Shown here: piece after piece, positions 7,890-14,944 of the stretch
Numbering within the stretch: position 1 is the first letter of the stretch
How the letters are laid out: each line of letters begins with the position of its first letter
DNA from: Arthrobacter sp. OAP107
GTDB lineage: Bacteria > Actinomycetota > Actinomycetes > Actinomycetales > Micrococcaceae
Direction of reading: 5' to 3'
Length of the DNA: 32,000 nucleotides
Assembly: GCF_040546765.1 (NCBI RefSeq)
Contig: NZ_JBEPOK010000001.1
Span: forward strand, 4,390,373 to 4,422,372
Made by a program: the position numbers and the translations under genes
Notes under the pieces: generated by a model
The model's input: only the letters and a program-made list of their open reading frames with translations
Database searches by the model: none
Told to the model about the DNA's origin: nothing

Positions 7890-9684
7890 ATGACGTCAAC
7901 AATTCCCATGGGTTCCGGAAGCGGAACGGGCAACAACAACCTGGTGGAGATGAACTGGGACCCCATCACCAGGATCGTCGGCAGCCTCGGCATCTACACG
8001 AAAATCGATTTCGAGAACAACCAGGTCGTGGAGTGCAAGAGCACGTCCTCGATCTTCCGCGGCTACTCGCTCTTCATGAAAGGCAAGGACCCGAGGGACG
8101 CGCACTTCATCACCAGCCGTATCTGCGGGATCTGCGGCGACAACCACGCGACCTGCTCCTGCTACACGCAAAACATGGCCTACGGCGTCAAGCCGCCGAA
8201 CCTGGGTGAGTGGATCGTCAACCTGGGCGAGGCCGCCGAGTACATGTTCGACCACAACATCTTCCAGGAGAACCTGGTGGGCGTGGACTACTGCGAAAAG
8301 ATGGTCTCCGAAACCAACCCTGGTGTCCTGGCCAAGGCGGAGAACACCAGGGCGCCGCATGAGGCCGACCACGGCTACCGGACCATCGCGGACATCATGC
8401 GCTCGCTGAACCCCTTCACCGGCGAGTTCTACCGCGAAGCGCTCCAGGTCAGCCGCGCCACCCGCGAAATGTTCTGCCTCATGGAAGGCCGCCACGTGCA
8501 CCCTTCCACGCTCTACCCGGGCGGCGTGGGGACAGTGGCCACCATCCAGCTGATGACGGACTACCTCACCCGGCTCATGCGCTACGTCGAGTTCATGAAG
8601 AAGGTCGTCCCGATGCATGACGACCTGTTCGATTTCTTCTACGAGGCCTTGCCGGGCTACGAGCAGGTGGGGCTGCGGCGGACGCTGCTGGGCTGCTGGG
8701 GCTCGCTGCAGGATCCGGACTACTGCAACTTCGAGTACAAGGACATGACCGAGTGGGGCCGGAAGATGTTCGTCACGCCGGGCGTGGTGGTGGACGGCAA
8801 GCTGGTCACCACCGACCTGGTGCGGATCAACCTGGGCCTGCGGATCATGCTCGGCTCCTCGTACTACGAGGACTGGGAAGGCCAGGAAATGTTCGTCACC
8901 CACGATCCCCTGGGCAACCCGGTGGACCGCAGGCACCCCTGGAACCAGCACACCAACCCGCGGCCGCAGAAGCGCGACCTTTCAGACAAGTACAGCTGGG
9001 TCATGTCCCCGCGCTGGTTCGACGGCCAGGACAACCTCGCGCTGGACACCGGCGGCGGCCCGCTGGCACGGCTCTGGGCCACGGCGCTCGCCGGACTCGT
9101 GGACATCGGCTACCTCAAGGCCACCGGCAGCAGCGTGCAGATCAACCTGCCCAAGACCGCGCTGAAGGGACCCGTCACCTTCGAGTGGAATATCCCGCAG
9201 TGGAGCAACACGCTCGAACGCAACCGCGCCCGGACCTACTTCCAGGCCTACGCCGCGGCTGCTGCACTCCACTTCGCGGAAAAGGCCCTCGAGGAAATCC
9301 GCGCCGGCCGCACCAAGACCTGGGAAACGTTCGAAGTCCCCGATGAAGGCATCGGCTGCGGGTTTACCGAAGCGGTCCGCGGCGTCCTGTCCCACCACAT
9401 GGTGATCCGTGACGGCAAGATCGCCAACTACCACCCCTACCCGCCCACCCCCTGGAACGCCAGCCCCACCGACTCCAACGGCGTGGCCGGCCCCTATGAG
9501 GATGCGGTCCAGGGACAGCCGATCTTCGAGGAGAATGACCGGGAGCACTTCAAGGGCATCGACATCATGCGCACCGTCCGCAGCTTCGATCCCTGCCTGC
9601 CCCTGCGGTGTCCACATGTACCTGGGCAACGGGCAGACGCTGGACATGCTGCACTCCCCCACCCAGACCCTGACCGGCGAGTAG
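7890..9684 (+). pseudogene. hhyL: [NiFe]-hydrogenase large subunit, group 1h/5, interrupted by a 1-nt insertion. Frame 0 covers 7890-9602 and frame +1 covers 9604-9684. The restored product would be 597 aa.
   Basis: The L1 motif TSRICGICGDNH (8112-8147) is intact. At the L2 motif the DNA reads AGC TTC GAT CCC TGC CTG CCC C TGC GGT GTC CAC ATG. Frame 0 gives SFDPCLPLRCPHV... followed by Arg/Pro-rich read-through to 9902. Skipping one C of the run 9600-9603 gives SFDPCLPCGVHMYLGNGQTLDMLHSPTQTLTGE*, stop 9682-9684. The start ATG at 7890 lies 29 nt after the hhyS stop. Confidence 0.9.
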
Positions 9685-9687
9685 GCC

Positions 9688-10803
9688 ATGCTCGGCGGGG
9701 ACCGGCCGCCGCTGCAGAACGGCGACCAGATCGATACACTCCTCGACGCCCTCGGCGCCGGCGGGGCCGTGGCCCGCGGCCGGGCCGAGGACCTGGTCCG
9801 CCAGGTGACAGACCTCTACGGCGCCGGACTCCAGCGGATCATGGAAATCCTGCAGGCCCAGGGAAAGCTCGACGACGGCACGCTGGAAGCGCTGACCGCT
9901 GACAGCCTGGTGGCCGGGCTCCTGGTGATCCACGGGCTGCACCCCCAGTCGATGGAGGCACGGGTGGCCGCGGCGCTGGACAGCGTCCGGCCCTACCTGG
10001 GCTCCCACGGCGGCGACGTGGAACTGGAAGGCATCAGCCCCGACGGCGTGGTGCGGCTCAAACTGCTGGGCACCTGCCAGGGCTGCCCGTCGTCGTCCGT
10101 CACCCTCAAGTACGCCGTCGAGGAGGCCATCCAGAACGCAGCCCCGGAAGTGACGGCGATCGACGTCGTCGAGGCGGAAAAGCAGCCGGGCTCCCCGGCG
10201 CTGATTCCGGTGGACTCGCTGCTGGTCCGGGTGAACAATCCGGCGGGCGGCACGCCGGCGGAATCCTGGCACGACATGTCCGGCGGCACGTGGGAACCTG
10301 TTCCGGAGGTCGCAGGGCTCGAACCCGGGGAGGTGGCAGGTTTCCTCGTCGGCGGCTACGCGGTGCTGGCCTGCCGTACCGGGCAGGATATCTACGCGTA
10401 CCGCGACTACTGCCCGCGCTGCACCGGTTCGATGGCCGGCGCCGTGCTGCAGCGCGCCCTCGCGGCGCCTGTTGGCGGAGGCCTGCTCACCTGCCCCACA
10501 TGCCGCGGCCACTTTGACGTGAGACGGGCGGGCATGTGCCTGGAGGACAAGGACCTGCACCTGGAGCCGCTTCCGCTGCTGGTCCGGAACGGCGTGATGT
10601 CCGTGGCGGTCCCGACGGCGTCCCTGCAGTCCGTGCCGCTGCCGGTTGCCCCGGCGCCGGCTACCACGGCGGCCGTGACGCCGGCGGCCGTGACACCGGT
10701 GCAGGCTCTCCCGCTGGTGACGCCGGCCGGGCTGGAACCCGTCCCGGCGCCGGCAGCCGCCATGGCGCCGGAACTGCAGGCAGCCGCGGGGCAGGACCGC
10801 TGA
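9688..10803 (+). CDS. NifU-domain putative Fe-S protein (HhyE-like) with a C-terminal CxxC...CxxCxxH module and a Pro/Ala/Val-rich tail
   Basis: NifU C-terminal-type region VRPYLGSHGGDVELEGISPDGVVRLKLLGTCQGCPSSSVTLKYAVEEAI. CPRC at 10411-10422 and CPTCRGH at 10492-10512. The ATG lies 3 nt after the hhyL stop. Confidence 0.75.
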   Translation: MLGGDRPPLQNGDQIDTLLDALGAGGAVARGRAEDLVRQVTDLYGAGLQRIMEILQAQGKLDDGTLEALTADSLVAGLLVIHGLHPQSMEARVAAALDSVRPYLGSHGGDVELEGISPDGVVRLKLLGTCQGCPSSSVTLKYAVEEAIQNAAPEVTAIDVVEAEKQPGSPALIPVDSLLVRVNNPAGGTPAESWHDMSGGTWEPVPEVAGLEPGEVAGFLVGGYAVLACRTGQDIYAYRDYCPRCTGSMAGAVLQRALAAPVGGGLLTCPTCRGHFDVRRAGMCLEDKDLHLEPLPLLVRNGVMSVAVPTASLQSVPLPVAPAPATTAAVTPAAVTPVQALPLVTPAGLEPVPAPAAAMAPELQAAAGQDR

Positions 10804-10804
10804 C

Positions 10805-11578
10805 ATGAACGTGGAGAACGGAGGAGGTACAGGGCACGGCCCGGGGACCGGCCAGGCCAGCGGCGCCTTGCCGGTGGCCTTACTGCGGCGGATTTCCGCG
10901 AACCGGCCCGCTCCCGCCGCCGGGGAATGCTGCGAAATGTGCGGCGAACCGATTCCCGACGCACACCAGCACGTGGTGGACCTGGAGAGCCACGCGATGA
11001 TGTGCACCTGCCGGCCCTGCTACCTCCTCTTCACCGACGCCGGCGCCCATATGCGCTACCGATCGGTGCCTGACCGGTACCTCTCCTTCCCCGACTTCGA
11101 TCTCGGTCCGGGGCAGTGGGACGAACTGGAAATTCCGGTGGGTCTCGCGTTCTTTTTCCGCAGCTCCAAACTCGGCCGCACGGTGGCCTTCTACCCGGGC
11201 CCGGCCGGGGCCACGGAATCGGAACTGCCGCTGGCCGCGTGGGACGCGGTGCTGGCCTGCAACCCGGCCCTTGGCTTGGCTGCGCCGGACACCGAGGCGC
11301 TGCTGATCCGCGGCCCGGGGCCGGGCCGGGCCGCCGCGGACTGCCACCTCGTTCCCGTGGACGCGTGCTACGAGCTCGTGGGCCGGCTGCGCCGCCTCTG
11401 GCGGGGGTTCGACGGCGGCCAGGAGGCACGCGACGAGCTCACCGCTTTCTTCGAGCGGATCGGCCGCCGCAGCGTTCCGGCCCCGGCAGAGTCCGGCAGC
11501 GCAGCTTCCGGCAGCCCGGACCCCGGCAGCCCTGCTTCCGGGAACGGTGCATCACGCAGCACGGGAGGCTTCCGGTGA
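10805..11578 (+). CDS. Conserved hydrogenase-cluster protein of unknown function (as I recall it, DUF5947-like), with a Cys-rich N-terminus
   Basis: ECCEMCGEPIPDAHQHVVDLESHAMMCTCRPCYLLF, then EIPVGLAFFF...VAFYPGPAGATE. The ATG lies 1 nt after the upstream stop. The family name is from memory and is not verified. Confidence 0.7.
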   Translation: MNVENGGGTGHGPGTGQASGALPVALLRRISANRPAPAAGECCEMCGEPIPDAHQHVVDLESHAMMCTCRPCYLLFTDAGAHMRYRSVPDRYLSFPDFDLGPGQWDELEIPVGLAFFFRSSKLGRTVAFYPGPAGATESELPLAAWDAVLACNPALGLAAPDTEALLIRGPGPGRAAADCHLVPVDACYELVGRLRRLWRGFDGGQEARDELTAFFERIGRRSVPAPAESGSAASGSPDPGSPASGNGASRSTGGFR

Positions 11579-12228
11579 CAGAGCTTTCCTTCGCCGTGCT
11601 GGAGATCCGGCCCGAACCCTACGCAGCCGCGCCCCAGCTGACGGCCAGGCTGCAGGTGACGGAGGGCACCGGCGCCGTGGTGCACGCTGTGGCGCTGCGC
11701 TGCCAGGTCCGGATCCTGCCGCAGCGCCGCGGCTACGTGCCCGAGGAGGAGACGGGACTGCTGGATCTCTTCGGAGACCGCGGCCGCTGGCCCACCACGC
11801 TCAAGTCATTCGTCTGGATGCAGTGCAGCACCATGGTGCAGGGCTTCACCGGCAACACCGAGGTGGACCTGCCGCTGCCCTGCACCTTCGATTTCGACGT
11901 GGCCGCCGCCAAGTACCTGCACGCCCTGCGCGACGGCGAGATACCTCTGGAGCTGCTGTTCTCCGGAACCGTCTTTACCAGGGGGCAGACGGGGTTCACG
12001 GTGGAACAGGTGCCATGGGACCTCGAGGCGTCCTACCGGCTGCCCGTCGCCGCCTGGCGCAGCCTGATGGACCAGTATTTCCCCAACGCCGGATGGATCC
12101 GCCTGGACCGCGACGTCCTGGCAGCCCTCGCCCGGTACAAGTCCGCGCGCGGCCTCACGTCCTGGGAAGCCACGATGGAGAAACTGCTCGCCGAGGCCAC
12201 CGCCGATGTGTCCGGGGAACTGCCATGA
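11575..12228 (+). CDS. Conserved hydrogenase-cluster protein of unknown function (as I recall it, DUF6084-like), 217 aa
   Basis: The GTG start overlaps the upstream stop (GTGA, 11575-11578). Sequence begins VTELSFAVLEIRPEPYAAAPQLTARLQV... The upstream part of the listed 370-aa ORF is Arg/Gly/Pro junk overlapping the previous gene. Confidence 0.7.
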   Translation: MTELSFAVLEIRPEPYAAAPQLTARLQVTEGTGAVVHAVALRCQVRILPQRRGYVPEEETGLLDLFGDRGRWPTTLKSFVWMQCSTMVQGFTGNTEVDLPLPCTFDFDVAAAKYLHALRDGEIPLELLFSGTVFTRGQTGFTVEQVPWDLEASYRLPVAAWRSLMDQYFPNAGWIRLDRDVLAALARYKSARGLTSWEATMEKLLAEATADVSGELP

Positions 12229-13595
12229 ACACCAGCCTGGCCCTTGCCCGCGCAGTCGCCGACGCCGTCCTCTACGAGGGCTACCTGCTCTACCCCTACC
12301 GCGCCTCCTCCCAGAAGAACCAGGCCCGCTGGCAGTTCGGTATCCTTGGTCCCCCGGGCGCCGCGGCGGACGGCAGCGGGGAGGAACCGTCCATGTCCGC
12401 CGACTGCCTGCTGGCCCCAGGGACGCAGGCCGGGCTGGAAATCCATTTCCGCTTCCTGCAGCTGCAGACCCGCACGGCAGAAAAAGCGGACGACGGCGGA
12501 GGGTTCACTCCCGTGGACAGCCTCGCCGTGGGCGGTGCGAACTGGCTGAGCTGGGACGAGGCAGTCGAGCAGGAAAACACCTTCGGCCCCTTCTCCGTGG
12601 CCCGGCTCCGGGCCGGGCTGGTCCTCCCCGTGGATGTTCCCGAGGGACTCGACGTCGAGGAACTCAAGGACGACGCCGGGAGGCCGGCCGGCCGACTGGT
12701 GCGCCGCCGTCGTGCTCTCAGCGGTGAACTGCGGCTCAACGCCGCCGAAGATTCCGGCGGGCTGCTGCGGCTCAGCGTCACCGCGGCCAACACGGCCGGT
12801 CCCCTGCCTGCCGGGAACCGGCAGGCAACCATTGCGGCCTCCTTCATCGGCGCGCACATGCTGCTCGGCGTGCGGGACGGGGATTTCGTCTCGCTGCTGG
12901 ACCCGCCGGCGTGGGCGCAGCCGGCAGCACGGCTGTGTTCCCAGCACCGCTGCTGGCCCGTGCTTGCCGGGCCCCAGGGCCAGACCGACGTGCTGCTGAT
13001 CTCACCGATCATCCTTTACGACCACCCCGCCGTGGCCCCGGAAAGTTCGGTGGCACTGTACGACTCCACCGAGATCGACGAGATCCTTACACTGCGGGTG
13101 CTGACGCTGACTGACGAGGAAAAGGCCGAGGCGCGGGCGACGGATCCGCGGGCTGCCGCCGTCATCGACCGCTGCGAGGAGATGTCGCCCGAGGACCTCC
13201 AGCAGCTGCACGGCGCCCTGCGGAACCCGCACGCGTTCGCCGCGGACCCGGCCGACGCGTGGACCACGGCCAGGGAGGACGTTCCCTGGTGGAATCCCGA
13301 GGCGGAGGCCAGCGTCCGGCCGGACATGGACGCCGTCGTGATCAACGGCGTCCCGGTGGCGCGCGGCAGCCGCGTGCGCGTGCACCCGAAGCGGCGCGCC
13401 GACGCCCAGGACCTGTTCTTCGGCGGCCAGACCGGGCGGGTCACCAGCGTGCATTTCGACGTCGACGGCAGCACCCACGTCGGGCTCGTGCTGGAACAGG
13501 ATCCGGCGGCTGATCTCCATGAGGGCTACGGCCGGTCCTTCTACTATGCGCCCGACGAACTGGAACCGCTGGACGGAAAGGAACCCCCGCAATGA
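12225..13595 (+). CDS. Conserved hypothetical protein, 456 aa, in the hydrogenase cluster
   Basis: The ATG overlaps the upstream stop (ATGA, 12225-12228). Sequence begins MNTSLALARAVADAVLYEGYLLYPYRASSQKNQARWQFGILGP... Third-position GC bias holds throughout. No recognised catalytic motif. Confidence 0.7.
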   Translation: MNTSLALARAVADAVLYEGYLLYPYRASSQKNQARWQFGILGPPGAAADGSGEEPSMSADCLLAPGTQAGLEIHFRFLQLQTRTAEKADDGGGFTPVDSLAVGGANWLSWDEAVEQENTFGPFSVARLRAGLVLPVDVPEGLDVEELKDDAGRPAGRLVRRRRALSGELRLNAAEDSGGLLRLSVTAANTAGPLPAGNRQATIAASFIGAHMLLGVRDGDFVSLLDPPAWAQPAARLCSQHRCWPVLAGPQGQTDVLLISPIILYDHPAVAPESSVALYDSTEIDEILTLRVLTLTDEEKAEARATDPRAAAVIDRCEEMSPEDLQQLHGALRNPHAFAADPADAWTTAREDVPWWNPEAEASVRPDMDAVVINGVPVARGSRVRVHPKRRADAQDLFFGGQTGRVTSVHFDVDGSTHVGLVLEQDPAADLHEGYGRSFYYAPDELEPLDGKEPPQ

Positions 13596-13711
13596 AGGCA
13601 ATAGGAATGGCCACTGTTTCCGTGCTGGCAGCGATGGCCCTCTGGGGCATCTACGTCGGGATCCGCGCAGTTCCGGATATCCGGCGGTACATGAAAGTGC
13701 GGCGGATGTGA
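13592..13711 (+). CDS. 39-aa single-pass membrane micro-protein, absent from the supplied ORF track
   Basis: My own translation: MKAIGMATVSVLAAMALWGIYVGIRAVPDIRRYMKVRRM*. The ATG overlaps the upstream stop (ATGA, 13592-13595). Its stop overlaps the GTG of the protease gene (GTGA, 13708-13711). One hydrophobic helix precedes a basic tail. It may correspond to the small 'DUF6893-like' proteins of actinobacterial hydrogenase loci, from memory and unverified. Confidence 0.55.
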   Translation: MKAIGMATVSVLAAMALWGIYVGIRAVPDIRRYMKVRRM

Positions 13712-14214
13712 CCGCCGGCGTACTCGTCGCCGGCGTCGGGAACATGTTCCTGCACGACGACGGCTTCGGCCCCGAGGTGGCGCGGCACCTGGCCGCCCAG
13801 CCACGGCCGCCGGCCTCCGACGTCCGGGTGGTGGACTACGGCATCCGCGGCATGCACCTGGCCTACGATCTCCTGGCCGGCGTCGACACCCTGATCCTCG
13901 TGGACACGGTGCCGCCCGACGGGACCTCGGCCCCCGGCAGCATCCGCGTGCTGCAGGTCAGCTCGGCGGACCTGGACAGCAGGGCGTCGTTTGACCCGCA
14001 CGGCATGGATCCGGCAGCAGTGCTGGTCCGGCTCCGGTCGATGGGCGGCAGCCTGCCTGCCACGTATGTGGTGGGCTGTGTCCCCGCAGACCTGTCCGAG
14101 GGTATCGGCCTCTCGCCGGCGGTGGCAGCGGCGGTGCCAGAAGCCGTTACGGCCGTCGGGTCCCTGCTCGGCCAGCAGTCTTCCGCTCCCAACCGGTCGT
14201 CCACATCGAACTAA
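13708..14214 (+). CDS. Hydrogenase maturation endopeptidase (HyaD/HybD/HupD family), 168 aa
   Basis: VLVAGVGNMFLHDDGFGPEV is the GxGNxxxxDDGxG motif. Also LILVD and DPHGMDP. The GTG start at 13708 is in frame with the listed ORF 13519-14214. Confidence 0.88.
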   Translation: MTAGVLVAGVGNMFLHDDGFGPEVARHLAAQPRPPASDVRVVDYGIRGMHLAYDLLAGVDTLILVDTVPPDGTSAPGSIRVLQVSSADLDSRASFDPHGMDPAAVLVRLRSMGGSLPATYVVGCVPADLSEGIGLSPAVAAAVPEAVTAVGSLLGQQSSAPNRSSTSN

Positions 14215-14227
14215 GGCGGTGTCATAC

Positions 14228-14533
14228 ATGTGCCTAGGAATTCCCGGCAGGGTCGTTGAACTCCTCGAGGGCTACGGCGGCCAGCTCGCACTGGTCGATG
14301 TGGCCGGAGTGCAGCGGAAGATCAATATTGGGCTGCTGGATGAGGGGCCCCTGGAACCCGGTACCTGGGTCCTCATCCACATGGGCTTCGCGCTGGAACG
14401 CGTGGACGCCGCGGGCGCGGAACAGGCCATGGACGGGCTGGAACTGATGGGCCGCCCGGCGGACACCGCGCCCGGACCCCAGCCGGCACAACCACCACAA
14501 GGAGAGCAGCATGTCACCCACGAACCAGCCTGA
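14228..14533 (+). CDS. hypC: Hydrogenase assembly chaperone HypC/HupF family, with a Pro/Gln-rich C-terminal tail
   Basis: Canonical N-terminus MCLGIPGRVVEL, followed by VDVAGVQRKINIGLL and WVLIHMGFAL. Confidence 0.88.
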   Translation: MCLGIPGRVVELLEGYGGQLALVDVAGVQRKINIGLLDEGPLEPGTWVLIHMGFALERVDAAGAEQAMDGLELMGRPADTAPGPQPAQPPQGEQHVTHEPA

Positions 14534-14861
14534 TCCCGCCGACAAGGAACAGGGCACCTCTTCGGGCACAGCACCCGGTACGGCGCGGGCGTTCGGCAGC
14601 GAACCGCCGCTGAAGGAACCCGCCCAGCCCGGAGCAGACGAAACTCCGGAGGACGCGGCACCGGCGCCCGCCGGCGTCGGCGTCAGCACCACCCGCAGGG
14701 GCGAGGACGTCGTCAAGGAGGAGGGCTCCGAACCGGGACGCGAGCACACGGGCACCGACGAATCCCCTGCCGGCAGGCCAACCGGCGAGTCGTCCGCCCG
14801 CGATGCGACCGCCGTCAAGAGCCCCGAGCATCCCGACAGCGCGGCGCCACAGTCACCCTAG
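14511..14861 (+). CDS. Low-complexity acidic Pro/Glu/Gly/Ala/Ser/Thr-rich protein, 116 aa, predicted to be disordered
   Basis: A strong SD, AAGGAGAG (14499-14506), lies 4 nt before the ATG at 14511. It overlaps the hypC 3' end by 23 nt. No Cys and no hydrophobic core. Whether it codes is uncertain. Confidence 0.4.
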   Translation: MSPTNQPDPADKEQGTSSGTAPGTARAFGSEPPLKEPAQPGADETPEDAAPAPAGVGVSTTRRGEDVVKEEGSEPGREHTGTDESPAGRPTGESSARDATAVKSPEHPDSAAPQSP

Positions 14862-14890
14862 GCCGCCGCCGCCATAGGCAGCCGCCCTGG

Positions 14891-14931
14891 ATCCCGGCCC
14901 CGCCCGGGGCCGGGATTGGAGTTCGACTCCA
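14891..14931. terminator. Tandem GC-rich hairpins between convergent genes. Candidate bidirectional intrinsic terminator.
   Basis: ATCCCGGCCCC (14891-14901) pairs perfectly with GGGGCCGGGAT (14906-14916) around a 4-nt loop. TGGAGT-TCG-ACTCCA follows immediately (14917-14931). There is no clear U-tract. Confidence 0.45.
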
Positions 14932-14944
14932 GTGCTCCGATGCT

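Noticed and set aside
6167-7993. A 608-aa minus-strand ORF antisense to hypB and hhyS, and similar long ORFs: 2605-3564(-), 4339-5613(+), 7896-8951(-), 9565-11007(-), 20456-21934(+), 23104-24690(+), 25274-26512(-) and 27849-28961(-)
   Set aside because: These are typical shadow ORFs of GC-rich DNA. Their products are Arg/Gly/Pro/Ala/His-rich with no motifs. Each lies antisense or out of frame to a gene with clear family signatures.
9603-9902. The frame-0 read-through of hhyL (the 759-aa listed ORF, 670 aa from the real ATG), considered as a genuine C-terminal extension or domain
   Set aside because: After the frameshift point the sequence is Arg/Pro/Gly-rich and low in complexity. It overlaps the well-supported NifU-domain gene in another frame. 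It also loses the conserved CGVH motif, which is perfectly preserved in the +1 frame.
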